A DNA stretch of 64,000 bases from Bacteroidales bacterium (lineage in GTDB: Bacteria > Bacteroidota > Bacteroidia > Bacteroidales > Azobacteroidaceae): positions 103,319 through 167,318 of the forward strand of contig JAVBTA010000003.1 in NCBI GenBank assembly GCA_031556375.1, read 5' to 3'. The translations under genes and the position numbers were made by a program. Within the stretch, counting starts at the first letter, position 1. Each line of letters opens with the position of its first letter. Positions 21,540 to 31,255 of the stretch are shown piece after piece. The notes under the pieces are model-generated. The model was not told the DNA's origin and made no database searches. It worked only from the letters and a program-made list of their open reading frames with translations.

Positions 21540-22922
21540 ATGATTTACTTAACGGCCGATTTTGGAAGCACCTATACGAAATTGACAGCCATTGATGCCA
21601 AAGAATCCTGTATTCTGGCGACTTCCAATGCTTTCACCACCATTGAAACAAATATCATGGCCGGGTTTCATACTGCTTTATCAAAACTGGAAGAAAAATT
21701 TGGGAAACTACACTATGACAAAATTCTTTGTTGTAGCAGTGCAGGCGGGGGGCTGAAAATGGTAGCTCTCGGACTGGTGCCCGAACTCACAGCCAAAGCT
21801 GCTAAACTGGCAGCATCCAGTGCCGGAGCAAAAGTCGTTAAGACCTATTCTTTTGAAATATCACAATCTGAACAAAATGAGATTTATGAGATAAACCCGG
21901 ACGTAGTACTCTTGTGCGGAGGTACCGACGGAGGAAATAAAGAGGTAATCATAGCCAATGCCCAAAGATTATCTGCCATAGATCGTAATTTTTCAATCAT
22001 TGTTGCCGGAAATAAAAGCGCATCATACGAATTGGACGATATCCTGAAAGCTTCAGGAAAAGATTATGTAATCACAGACAATGTCATGCCTGTATTCAAC
22101 AGCCTGAATATTGAACCGGCCAAACAATGTATACGTGAAGTATTTATCCGCAAAATTATAGATGCCAAAGGTCTCTCAGAAGTACAACAAATGGCTTCAT
22201 CGGAGATCATCCCTACTCCACTGGCTGTAATGAATGCCTGCGAACTACTCAGTAAAGGTACGAAAAACAATGAGGGTATCGGAGAATTAATGGCTATCGA
22301 TCTCGGAGGAGCAACTACCGATGTTTATTCCATGGCTGCCGGAAAACCAATGGCAGAAAACGTACTTATCAAAGGACTGCCGGAACCTTTCAGTAAACGT
22401 ACCGTAGAAGGTGATCTGGGAATGCGATATAGTCTATCTTCCCTTGCTGAAGAACTCGACCTGGAAAATCTTGAGAAAGAAATCGGAGCAGAACCTCAGG
22501 AAATCAATCGCTGGGTTGAACGCTGCGTCTCCGATCCATCCATCATTGCCCATCTCGAAAGTAAAGAATTAAAGATAGAGGAAGTATTGGCTAAAAGTGC
22601 TATCGAACTGGCTGTTGAAAGACATTGTGGAATCATGGAAAGCGCTTATTCTCCGATGGGAATCATTTTTTCCATTACAGGAAAAGACCTGACAGAAATA
22701 CCGTATATAATTGGTATTGGCGGAATCCTGGTTAACAATCCACATCCGGAAAAATTACTTGAAGGTGCCAGGTTCAGTTTAGCAAAAAGCAACTCTATGA
22801 GACCGAAAAATCCGAAGTTCTTACTGGACAAAGAATATATTTTCGCCTCTATGGGATTACTCAGCTCTATAGATCCGGATTTGGCACTCTGTTTAATGAA
22901 AAAAGAAATAAATATACAATGA
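21540..22922 (+). CDS. glmL: Glutamate mutase-associated protein GlmL/MutL (ASKHA-fold, putative mutase chaperone/reactivase)
   Basis: N-terminus MIYLTADFGSTYTKLTAID. About 460 aa. It sits between the S and E mutase subunits, as in clostridial mutS-mutL-mutE operons. Confidence 0.8.
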   Translation: MIYLTADFGSTYTKLTAIDAKESCILATSNAFTTIETNIMAGFHTALSKLEEKFGKLHYDKILCCSSAGGGLKMVALGLVPELTAKAAKLAASSAGAKVVKTYSFEISQSEQNEIYEINPDVVLLCGGTDGGNKEVIIANAQRLSAIDRNFSIIVAGNKSASYELDDILKASGKDYVITDNVMPVFNSLNIEPAKQCIREVFIRKIIDAKGLSEVQQMASSEIIPTPLAVMNACELLSKGTKNNEGIGELMAIDLGGATTDVYSMAAGKPMAENVLIKGLPEPFSKRTVEGDLGMRYSLSSLAEELDLENLEKEIGAEPQEINRWVERCVSDPSIIAHLESKELKIEEVLAKSAIELAVERHCGIMESAYSPMGIIFSITGKDLTEIPYIIGIGGILVNNPHPEKLLEGARFSLAKSNSMRPKNPKFLLDKEYIFASMGLLSSIDPDLALCLMKKEINIQ

Positions 22923-22949
22923 TAATATAATCAGAAGATTAACAGTAAT

Positions 22950-24410
22950 ATGGAAATTAAGAACAAAAAATTATCGATGGATGATTTCCTTGCGGAACGC
23001 AAAGAAGTTCTTGAACAATGGCCCACCGGTAAGGATGTAAATCTAGAAGAAGCCATTAAATACCAGAAGGAAATACCTGCGGAAAAACGCTTTGGCGACA
23101 AGTTAGCCCACGCAAAAGAATACGGGCTGACCCTCATTCAACCCCGTGCAGGTGTTGCTCTTTATGATGAACACATCAAGTTACTCCAATACCTTGAAAC
23201 AGAAGGAGAAGCTGATCTTTTACCTACCACTATCGACAGTTATACCCGTCTCAACCGGTATAATGAAGCTCAAGTCGGTATTGAAAAGAGTAAGGAAAGC
23301 GGACGATCTATGCTCAATGGGTTTCCGGCCGTTAACTACGGTGTGGGAATTTGCCGTACAGTTACATCTTCTCTCAAAAGTCCGGTACAAGTGCGTCACG
23401 GGACTCCGGATGCGCGTTTGCTGACTGAAATCACTATTGCGGGAGGATTTACTTCATACGAAGGGGGAGGTATTTCGTATAATATTCCCTATTCGAAGAA
23501 TCATTCTCTTGAAAAAACAATTGCTCATTGGCAATATGCCGACCGTTTGATCGGTTATTATGAAGAAAATGGAGTTTCTATCAATAGAGAGCCATTCGGA
23601 CCGTTGACAGGGACACTTGTTCCTCCTTGTATTTCCAACTCAGTGGCTATAATAGAAGCAATACTAGCTGCAACACAAGGGGTTAAAGACGTTACTGTAG
23701 GTTACGGCCAATGCGGGAACCTGATCCAGGATGTCGCTGCGATTCGTTCTCTGGAACGTGAAACCCGCAGATATCTGGATCAATTCGGTTTTCACGATGT
23801 ACGTGTAACCACTGTATTCCACCAATGGATGGGAGGATTTCCACAAGACGAATCCAAATCATTCGCAGTAATCTCCTGGGGTGCAGCAGCCGCTGTTCTG
23901 GCAAAAGCAACCAAAGTGATCGTAAAAACGCCACATGAAGCAATGGGGGTCCCTACGAAAGAAGCAAACGCAGAAGGATTGAGAGCTTCCAAACAGTTGG
24001 CATCTATGTTGCAAGTGCAGAGTTTTGTCGATATACCTGCAGTTGTGGCTGAAGCTAGTATTATCAATCAGGAAGTTGAAAGCATCATTAATAAGGTAAT
24101 CGAATTAGGAAAAGGAGACATCGCAATCGGTACTGTTGCTGCGTTTGAAGCTGGTGTTATAGATATTCCCTTTGCACCTAGCAAATATAACGCTGGAAAA
24201 ATTATGCCTGCCCGTGACAACTCCGGAGCCGTACGTTTCCTGGATTCCGGGAATATTCCATTAACAAACGATCTAAAAGCATTCCATCGTGGAAAACTGG
24301 AAGAACGTGCTAAATATGAAAACCGTCCGGTAAGTTTCCAAATGGTAATCGACGACGTATATGCCATCGGAAAAGGATTTTTGGTAGGACGTCCACATGG
24401 AGTAAAATAA
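22950..24410 (+). CDS. glmE: Glutamate (methylaspartate) mutase E chain
   Basis: [46 protein letters not shown]...[20 protein letters not shown]...[15 protein letters not shown] closely parallels clostridial GlmE as I recall it. 486 aa. Confidence 0.9.
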   Translation: MEIKNKKLSMDDFLAERKEVLEQWPTGKDVNLEEAIKYQKEIPAEKRFGDKLAHAKEYGLTLIQPRAGVALYDEHIKLLQYLETEGEADLLPTTIDSYTRLNRYNEAQVGIEKSKESGRSMLNGFPAVNYGVGICRTVTSSLKSPVQVRHGTPDARLLTEITIAGGFTSYEGGGISYNIPYSKNHSLEKTIAHWQYADRLIGYYEENGVSINREPFGPLTGTLVPPCISNSVAIIEAILAATQGVKDVTVGYGQCGNLIQDVAAIRSLERETRRYLDQFGFHDVRVTTVFHQWMGGFPQDESKSFAVISWGAAAAVLAKATKVIVKTPHEAMGVPTKEANAEGLRASKQLASMLQVQSFVDIPAVVAEASIINQEVESIINKVIELGKGDIAIGTVAAFEAGVIDIPFAPSKYNAGKIMPARDNSGAVRFLDSGNIPLTNDLKAFHRGKLEERAKYENRPVSFQMVIDDVYAIGKGFLVGRPHGVK

Positions 24411-24423
24411 TAAAAAAAATTAT

Positions 24424-25668
24424 ATGAAAATTATAGATGTTGTTTGTGCCCAAGGCAAAACAGGTTTTTTCTTTGATGATCAGAAAGCCATTAAAGCGGG
24501 AGCTAATCACGATGGAGCCTTCTACGAAGGCCAACCTATGACAGAAGGTTTTACTTCAGTAAGACAATCCGGAGAATCCATTTCCGTATTATTTATCCTT
24601 GAAAACGGAATCGTTGCACATGGTGACTGTGCTGCAGTGCAATATTCCGGAGCAGGCGGACGCGACCCATTGTTCCTTGCTAAAGATTTTATTCCGGTAA
24701 TCGAAAACGAAATAGCTCCTTTATATAAAGGAACGGAAATCACTACATTCCGTGAAATGGCTGATTTAATTGACAAAAAAATCAATTCAACAACAGGCAA
24801 AGCATATCACACTGCAATCCGTTACGGAGTTACCCAGGCTTGCCTCGATGCAGTAGCTAAAAGCAAATCCAAATTGATGGCTCAGATTATTGCCGAAGAA
24901 TATGGAACATGTATTTCAAATGCCATTATTCCTATTTTTTCTCAATCAGGAGACGACCGTTATTTGAATGCCGATAAAATGATCATGAAAGGCGCAGATG
25001 TCCTTCCTCATGCCCTTTTCAACCATGTTGAAGAAAAAACAGGATTAAAAGGAGAAAAAATACAGGCATATATAGAATGGTTGCGTGACCGTATTTTGAA
25101 ATTCAAACCATATGCAGGATACAATCCTGTCATTCATATTGACGTTTATGGCACGTTAGGGCCGGTTTTCAATAATGATTTTGAGAAAATAGCCGATTAT
25201 ATAGGAGATCTGGCAAACCGGGCTAAACCGTTCCATTTACGTGTTGAAGGACCTGTCGATATGGGAGAAAAAGATGCTCAGATCGATGGTTTACGTAAGA
25301 TCCGCGAATTCATGGAGAAAAAGGGAATTACCGCAGAAATCGTAGCTGATGAATGGTGTAATACTTTCGAAGATATCCGGGATTTTACGACACATAAAGC
25401 CGGTCACATGGCACAGATTAAAACTCCCGATCTTGGAGGTATCAATAATTCTATAGAAGCTGTACTTTACTGTAAAGCAAACGGTATGGGCGCCTATTTA
25501 GGAGGTACCTGTAATGAAACCAACCGTTCTGCCGAAGTTTGTGCCCATATCGCAATGGCAACCTCCCCTGTACAATATCTGGCAAAACCGGGTATGGGTG
25601 TGGATGAAGGTTATATGATCGTTTTCAATGAAATGCAACGTATATTAGCGTTAAAAAATAAACTATAA
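24424..25668 (+). CDS. mal: Methylaspartate ammonia-lyase (beta-methylaspartase)
   Basis: MKIIDVVCAQGKTGFFFDDQKAIKAGANHDG...TEGFTSVRQSGESISVLFILENGIVAHGDCAAVQYSGAGGRDPLFLAKDFIPVIENEIAP is almost colinear with clostridial MAL as I recall it. 414 aa. Confidence 0.9.
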   Translation: MKIIDVVCAQGKTGFFFDDQKAIKAGANHDGAFYEGQPMTEGFTSVRQSGESISVLFILENGIVAHGDCAAVQYSGAGGRDPLFLAKDFIPVIENEIAPLYKGTEITTFREMADLIDKKINSTTGKAYHTAIRYGVTQACLDAVAKSKSKLMAQIIAEEYGTCISNAIIPIFSQSGDDRYLNADKMIMKGADVLPHALFNHVEEKTGLKGEKIQAYIEWLRDRILKFKPYAGYNPVIHIDVYGTLGPVFNNDFEKIADYIGDLANRAKPFHLRVEGPVDMGEKDAQIDGLRKIREFMEKKGITAEIVADEWCNTFEDIRDFTTHKAGHMAQIKTPDLGGINNSIEAVLYCKANGMGAYLGGTCNETNRSAEVCAHIAMATSPVQYLAKPGMGVDEGYMIVFNEMQRILALKNKL

Positions 25669-25670
25669 AC

Positions 25671-27041
25671 ATGGACGAAATAAGAGTACTTTCCGCTACA
25701 GCGATCCTGGGATATGGTTTCCCTATGGAATCGTTTGTCGAAGGAATGAAACGCAAACCCCACGTAATTGCAGTAGACGCCGGGTCGACTGATCCTGGGC
25801 CTTATTATCTTGGTGCAGGAAAATCATTTACCGATTATAATTCCGTAAAACGTGACCTCGAAATCATGATTCCAGCGGCCCTGGAAGCCAATATTCCGGT
25901 AATGATCGGTTCTGCCGGTGGCTCCGGAGGTAGACCTCACGTTGAATTTAACCTGCAAATTATCAGAGAAATAGCCAAAGAAAAAAATCTTTCTTTCAAA
26001 CTGGCCGTTATCGAAGCTGAACTTGACAAAGAGCTGGTTAGAGGTAAATTAAAAAAAGGTGAAATTTCTCCTTTATATCCGGCACCGGAACTTACCGAAG
26101 ATGAGCTGGATAAGACTGTCCGTATCGTTGCTCAAATGGGAGAAGAACCATTCATCAAAGCTTTGGATGAAAAAGCAGATGTAATTTTGGCAGGACGTGC
26201 TTATGATCCTTGCGTATTCTCAGCTCTGGCTATTAAACACGGTTTTGATCGCGGATTGGCCATCCATATGGGAAAAATCCTCGAATGTGCTTCTATTGCT
26301 GCTGTTCCGGGAAGCGGAAGCGACTGTATGTTCGGTTACTTGCACAAAGAAGACTTCGTTCTCGAGCCACTCTCTCCTATCCGTAAATGTACAACATTAT
26401 CTGTTGCAGCTCATACGCTTTACGAAAAGAGTAATCCGTATATCCTGCCCGGACCTGGTGGCGCTATCAATTTGCATCAATCCAAGTTTGAGCAGATTTC
26501 AGACAATATGGTAAAAGTTTCCGGAAGCCGTTTCGAACCGACAGAAGATTACTTTGTCAAGTTAGAAGGTGTCAAGAAGGTAGGATGCCGAACAATCTCT
26601 ATTGCGGCAACTAAAGATCCGGTAATGATTGAAAAAATCGAAACCATCGTCCAAAGCGTAAAAGATCGTGTACGCAACAATTTCGAAGCTTATGGAATCA
26701 AAGATTTCTTTCTGGATTTCAAGATTTACGGTAAAAACGGTACAATGGGATTATTTCCCGGAATAGAGAATAAAGTGGCCCACGAATTGTGTATTGTTAT
26801 CGAGGCCGTCGCTCCCACTCAGGATCAAGCAGATACAATTTGCGGATTTGCCCGTAGTACCATGTTGCACTTCGGATATGAAGGACGTATATCTACTGCC
26901 GGAAACCTCGCATTTCCATTTTCTCCATCGGATTGTAAAGTCGGTGAAATCTACGAATTCAGCATTTATCATTTGATGAAAGTAGAAGATCCTGCGGAAC
27001 ATTTTCCGATTACTTATATTAACTTTGTAGAAGGAAAATAA
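25671..27041 (+). CDS. AtuA/DUF1446-like protein of unknown function, embedded in the methylaspartate operon
   Basis: 456 aa. Its size and its partnership with a downstream 105-aa DUF4387-like gene match the AtuA-family/DUF4387 gene pair, recalled from annotation patterns. No catalytic motif could be assigned by eye. The 2-nt gap to mal implies co-translation in the operon. Confidence 0.5.
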   Translation: MDEIRVLSATAILGYGFPMESFVEGMKRKPHVIAVDAGSTDPGPYYLGAGKSFTDYNSVKRDLEIMIPAALEANIPVMIGSAGGSGGRPHVEFNLQIIREIAKEKNLSFKLAVIEAELDKELVRGKLKKGEISPLYPAPELTEDELDKTVRIVAQMGEEPFIKALDEKADVILAGRAYDPCVFSALAIKHGFDRGLAIHMGKILECASIAAVPGSGSDCMFGYLHKEDFVLEPLSPIRKCTTLSVAAHTLYEKSNPYILPGPGGAINLHQSKFEQISDNMVKVSGSRFEPTEDYFVKLEGVKKVGCRTISIAATKDPVMIEKIETIVQSVKDRVRNNFEAYGIKDFFLDFKIYGKNGTMGLFPGIENKVAHELCIVIEAVAPTQDQADTICGFARSTMLHFGYEGRISTAGNLAFPFSPSDCKVGEIYEFSIYHLMKVEDPAEHFPITYINFVEGK

Positions 27042-27053
27042 AACAGTAATATT

Positions 27054-27371
27054 ATGGAATATAATTTAAGAGATGTTGCTTCTGTGATACGGAGTAAAAA
27101 CTCAGGTCCGTATGAATTGACTTTCGATATTATTTTCAAGGATTTTGAAATGTATGAGAAAGCAAAAGCTGCTAAAATAATGCATGAAAAAGTTTTTGCA
27201 AGCTTGTATAATATCCCTGAGTCGAATATAATGAAACTGGTGTATTTTGACCCGGCAAAAGCCATTAAAATCACCATTGTTCGCCCGATTCCTTCAGGAT
27301 CTCTCGGAGAAACGGATGTTTACGGAGCGCAACAACATGCACCTTTAATGGGTTTTACATTTAATTTATAA
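27054..27371 (+). CDS. DUF4387-like small protein, partner of the AtuA-like protein
   Basis: 105 aa, lying 12 nt after the AtuA-like gene. The assignment rests on size and context and is tentative. Confidence 0.45.
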   Translation: MEYNLRDVASVIRSKNSGPYELTFDIIFKDFEMYEKAKAAKIMHEKVFASLYNIPESNIMKLVYFDPAKAIKITIVRPIPSGSLGETDVYGAQQHAPLMGFTFNL

Positions 27372-27383
27372 TATACCGTTCCG

Positions 27384-28334
27384 ATGCGTAATATCATACA
27401 GGAATATTCGGTTTTTTCGCAGTATTTTGCCCCAAGCGACAGAAATAGTTTGCTGTTTCTGGGCGAACAGATCTCGCAACGCCATATGTATTACGATGAT
27501 AAACTGATCGGAATTGTCGGTGACGCCGGTTCCGGGAAATCTTCTTTGATCAAAGGTATGTTTCCCGGACTCGAGTTGTCAAATGATGATGACACTCTGA
27601 ATCCACGCAAGATCATGCAGGTCAGGGATTTATTTGAAGATATCCATGATGCGACAACTTATCATATCGATACCCGTTTCCAAGTCGCTTTTACACAAAT
27701 GCATGAAATCGTGATGTTTGTGAATCATGTATTAGAGAAAGGAAGACGGGTAGTTATCGAACATTTCGACATGCTTTATCCTGCCCTGGGTATCAATGCT
27801 GACCTGATTATCGGTATCGGAGAAGAGATTATCGTGACCCGTCCAAGTATGTTCGGCCCTTTACCTAAAAGCATTCACGAAATAGTAAGTAAATCGCTCC
27901 TTTACCGGAAAATGGCTCATACAGTGGAAGATATAACCATCATTATACTTATGGATGAGTTCGGCATTACCGATGATATGTTCTTTAATGCAGATATGCG
28001 GAACGGATTTGTACTTAAATTTTTCAAAGAGGTAGATATTGACATCGACCTGTTGTACAAAAGAGTCCGGGAAACATTAAATAAAAACCTGATAATCAAC
28101 TATTACGATGAAAATAACATCCTGATCGGAGATCGTTTAGTTCCTTGTAAAGGTCCCAGAATACACATACGGAATACTTCAGAAGTAAAAGAATTCAGCT
28201 TCGTTAAAAAATTAGTAAAAGACTATAAAACAGACACTTATTGTCTAATAGGAAGTTTCGCCAACGATCCGGATATCGACATCAGCAATTGGAACACCCT
28301 CCATTTCCTAAAAAGAAGAGATATAGAGTTATAA
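27384..28334 (+). CDS. P-loop (Walker A) protein of unknown function
   Basis: Contains GIVGDAGSGKSSLIKG, a GxxGxGKS P-loop that resembles the HPr-kinase/PEPCK-like type. 316 aa. It is in the operon with a 12-nt spacer. Confidence 0.5.
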   Translation: MRNIIQEYSVFSQYFAPSDRNSLLFLGEQISQRHMYYDDKLIGIVGDAGSGKSSLIKGMFPGLELSNDDDTLNPRKIMQVRDLFEDIHDATTYHIDTRFQVAFTQMHEIVMFVNHVLEKGRRVVIEHFDMLYPALGINADLIIGIGEEIIVTRPSMFGPLPKSIHEIVSKSLLYRKMAHTVEDITIIILMDEFGITDDMFFNADMRNGFVLKFFKEVDIDIDLLYKRVRETLNKNLIINYYDENNILIGDRLVPCKGPRIHIRNTSEVKEFSFVKKLVKDYKTDTYCLIGSFANDPDIDISNWNTLHFLKRRDIEL

Positions 28335-28397
28335 GTGTTGGCTTACGCAAGACAAAAAACTTTAGTATTACTTTAACTTTAAACTTAAAATCCCGAT

Positions 28398-29240
28398 ATG
28401 CGAACTATACAATCAAAATATATAACAGATCTTGTAGAAAATCTCTGTATTAAAGCAAATTGTGAATTATCTGATGATATCTACAGTTTCTTTTGCTCCA
28501 GTTGCCAGAAAGAAAAATCTCCTTTAGGCCGGGAAATCCTCTCTACACTGATCGAAAATGCCGATATAGCCCGCCAGGGCAATGATCCCATCTGCCAGGA
28601 TACCGGAATGACTGTTGTTTTCGTAACCATGGGACAGGATATACATGTTGAAGGTGGATTTATCGAAGATGCAATTAATGAGGGAGTTAGAAGAGGATAT
28701 GAAAAAGGATATCTACGTAAATCGGTTGTTAGTGATCCTATCAACCGGGTAAATACTAAAGACAACACTCCTGCAGTTATTCATTACGAAATCGTTCCTG
28801 GGGATCAATTTCATATTACTGTAGCTCCCAAAGGTTTCGGAAGTGAAAATATGAGCCAATTGCGTATGCTTAAGCCAAGCCAGGGATTGCAAGGCATCAA
28901 AGATTTTGTTATTCAGACGGTATCGGAAGCTGGAGCCAATCCTTGTCCTCCGATTATTGTCGGCGTAGGGATCGGTGGCACCATGGAAAAAAGCGCTTTA
29001 TTGAGCAAAAAAGCATTATTACGCCCAATTGGTCAGAAAAATGAAAATCCTCAATTGACAGCATTGGAAGCTGAACTTTTAGATGCAATCAATGCATTGG
29101 GAATCGGTCCTGCCGGATTTGGAGGAACGACGACAGCCATGAGTGTTAACATTCTCACTTATGCGACACATATCGCAGGACTTCCGGTTTCTGTGAATAT
29201 AGGTTGCCACGTAACCCGTCACGCCGACGGAGAATTATAA
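28398..29240 (+). CDS. Fe-S class I fumarate/tartrate-type hydratase alpha subunit, presumed mesaconase alpha
   Basis: ICQDTGMTVVFVTMGQDIHVEGG carries the CQDTG signature of the FumA/TtdA N-terminal catalytic region. 280 aa. Confidence 0.8.
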   Translation: MRTIQSKYITDLVENLCIKANCELSDDIYSFFCSSCQKEKSPLGREILSTLIENADIARQGNDPICQDTGMTVVFVTMGQDIHVEGGFIEDAINEGVRRGYEKGYLRKSVVSDPINRVNTKDNTPAVIHYEIVPGDQFHITVAPKGFGSENMSQLRMLKPSQGLQGIKDFVIQTVSEAGANPCPPIIVGVGIGGTMEKSALLSKKALLRPIGQKNENPQLTALEAELLDAINALGIGPAGFGGTTTAMSVNILTYATHIAGLPVSVNIGCHVTRHADGEL

Positions 29241-29259
29241 ATATCTGATTATCGGTATT

Positions 29260-29820
29260 ATGGAAAAAAGAATTGAAATAACAACTCCGTTTACGGATGA
29301 AATAATAAAAGGATTGAAAGCAGGTGATATGGTTTACCTATCCGGAACTATTTATACAGCCAGAGATGCTGCACATAAAAAAATGTGTGAGCTACTGGAG
29401 CAAGGCCAAGCTATGCCATTCGACTTTACAGGATCCGCCATATACTACGCCGGACCATGTCCTGCAAAACCGGGCAAGCCAATTGGTTCTGTCGGACCGA
29501 CTACTAGCGGACGTATGGATCTTTATGCTCCGACCCTTATGAAAGAAGGACTCAAAGTAATGATCGGTAAGGGATTACGGAATAAAGATGTCGTTGATGC
29601 GATTGTCAAGTATTCTGGTGTTTATTTTGCAGCCATCGGTGGCGCTGCCGCCCTGATGGGACAAAGTGTGGAAAATGCAGAAATCATCGCATTCGACGAG
29701 TTAGGTACCGAGGCTGTGCGTAAATTACGAGTAAAGAACCTTCCCGTAATCGTTGCAATCGATTGTGAAGGACGGAATATCTACGAAGAAGGTCGAAAAG
29801 AGTTTGCAGTCAAAGTTTAA
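29260..29820 (+). CDS. Fe-S class I fumarate/tartrate-type hydratase beta subunit, presumed mesaconase beta
   Basis: [21 protein letters not shown]...[34 protein letters not shown] matches the TtdB/FumA C-terminal beta-domain family. 186 aa. Confidence 0.8.
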   Translation: MEKRIEITTPFTDEIIKGLKAGDMVYLSGTIYTARDAAHKKMCELLEQGQAMPFDFTGSAIYYAGPCPAKPGKPIGSVGPTTSGRMDLYAPTLMKEGLKVMIGKGLRNKDVVDAIVKYSGVYFAAIGGAAALMGQSVENAEIIAFDELGTEAVRKLRVKNLPVIVAIDCEGRNIYEEGRKEFAVKV

Positions 29821-31163
29821 TCCTCTGTTGAGGAAGGTAGTTGTTTCTTGGCTTTAACGCCTAATTCCCGTAATTTCTCTGCCTGTCCGATGAGGTTACC
29901 TCTCCCCTCTTTCAGTTGATTAAAAGCTTCGTTGTAGCTTTTCTGGGCACGATCGAGGTTTGTTCCCACATTACTCAGGTTCTCGACGAAACCAACGAAT
30001 TTATCATATAACGCAGCTCCACGCTCGGCTATCTGCTGGGCGTTTTGCGTTTGGTATTCACGCTTCCATAGGTCTACGATCAACTTGAGAGAAGCAATCA
30101 GGTTTGTAGGACTTATTAACAGGATCCGTTTATTATAGGCATAATGCCATAATTCCGGATCGTACTGCATAGCAAGCATATATGCAGGCTCATTCGGGAT
30201 AAACATCATTACGAAATCGAGGCTTGGAGCAAAATCCTGGTAGTTTTTGCGGCTCAATTCGTCGATATGACGACGAATCGACCGCAAATGCTCTGCTAAT
30301 GAGGATTTCTGTTCATCAATATCGTCCGTAGAAGAATAACGGGTATATGCAGTCAATGAAACTTTGGAATCAATAATAACTTTACGATTATCCGGGTAGT
30401 TGACGATCACATCAGGTTGCATCCGGTTTCCTTCTTCATTCTTGAAATAATTACCGTCATCATCTTTCAGGTATTCCTGGATAAAATATTCACGGTCTTT
30501 AACCAACCCCGATCTTTCCAGGATATTTTCGAGAATCATTTGTCCCCAATCTCCCTGTGTTTTTGAATTACCTTTCAAAGCATTGGTCAGATTGTTGGCT
30601 TCTTCACTGATTTTTTGATTGAGTTGCACGAGTTTTTCGACTTCTTTTCCTAGTGAAAAGCGTTCTTTAGCCTCAGTATTGTAAGCTTCTTCAACTTTTT
30701 TTCTAAATCCTTCGATGTTATCGCCTAAAGGCTTGAGGATTACGTCTAAATTTTCCTTGTTAATCCGAGTAAATTTCTGAGATTTTTCTTCAAGAATCCT
30801 GGAAGCCATGTTTTCAAACTCCAGATTGAGTTGTTTCCGGATATTTTCGACTTCAGCTTTCTGGTTTTCAAGACGTTCATTCAGAAATACGTTATTTGCA
30901 GATAATTCTGCGAATTTTCTGTTTAGTTCATTGAAAGACTCAATCTGTTGTTTCAGCTCTGTTTTTGACTGAGCTAATTCTGTTTGTAGAGAATTATTTT
31001 TCTGTATTTCAACGTTTAACGAGATATTTGTCTGGGTTAATTTATCGGCTTGCTCTTCATAAACCGGTTTTGATACGGTTTTGGATTTTATGACAGACGA
31101 TGCAATGAACCAGGTAATTCCGGCACCAATCAATAAACCAATAAATAAAAACAATATATCCAT
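29817..31163 (-). CDS. rmuC: DNA recombination protein RmuC
   Basis: N-terminal TM segment, a long coiled coil, and the RmuC C-terminal domain ([23 protein letters not shown]...[13 protein letters not shown]). Confidence 0.8.
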   Translation of the reverse strand: MDILFLFIGLLIGAGITWFIASSVIKSKTVSKPVYEEQADKLTQTNISLNVEIQKNNSLQTELAQSKTELKQQIESFNELNRKFAELSANNVFLNERLENQKAEVENIRKQLNLEFENMASRILEEKSQKFTRINKENLDVILKPLGDNIEGFRKKVEEAYNTEAKERFSLGKEVEKLVQLNQKISEEANNLTNALKGNSKTQGDWGQMILENILERSGLVKDREYFIQEYLKDDDGNYFKNEEGNRMQPDVIVNYPDNRKVIIDSKVSLTAYTRYSSTDDIDEQKSSLAEHLRSIRRHIDELSRKNYQDFAPSLDFVMMFIPNEPAYMLAMQYDPELWHYAYNKRILLISPTNLIASLKLIVDLWKREYQTQNAQQIAERGAALYDKFVGFVENLSNVGTNLDRAQKSYNEAFNQLKEGRGNLIGQAEKLRELGVKAKKQLPSSTED

Positions 31164-31255
31164 AAATCAAATGTATAATAATTTATAGGTCAATTCTAAT
31201 ATTTTGCAATTCTGCGCTCTATGAGCGCAAAATTGCACTGTTATTAATCTTTATA

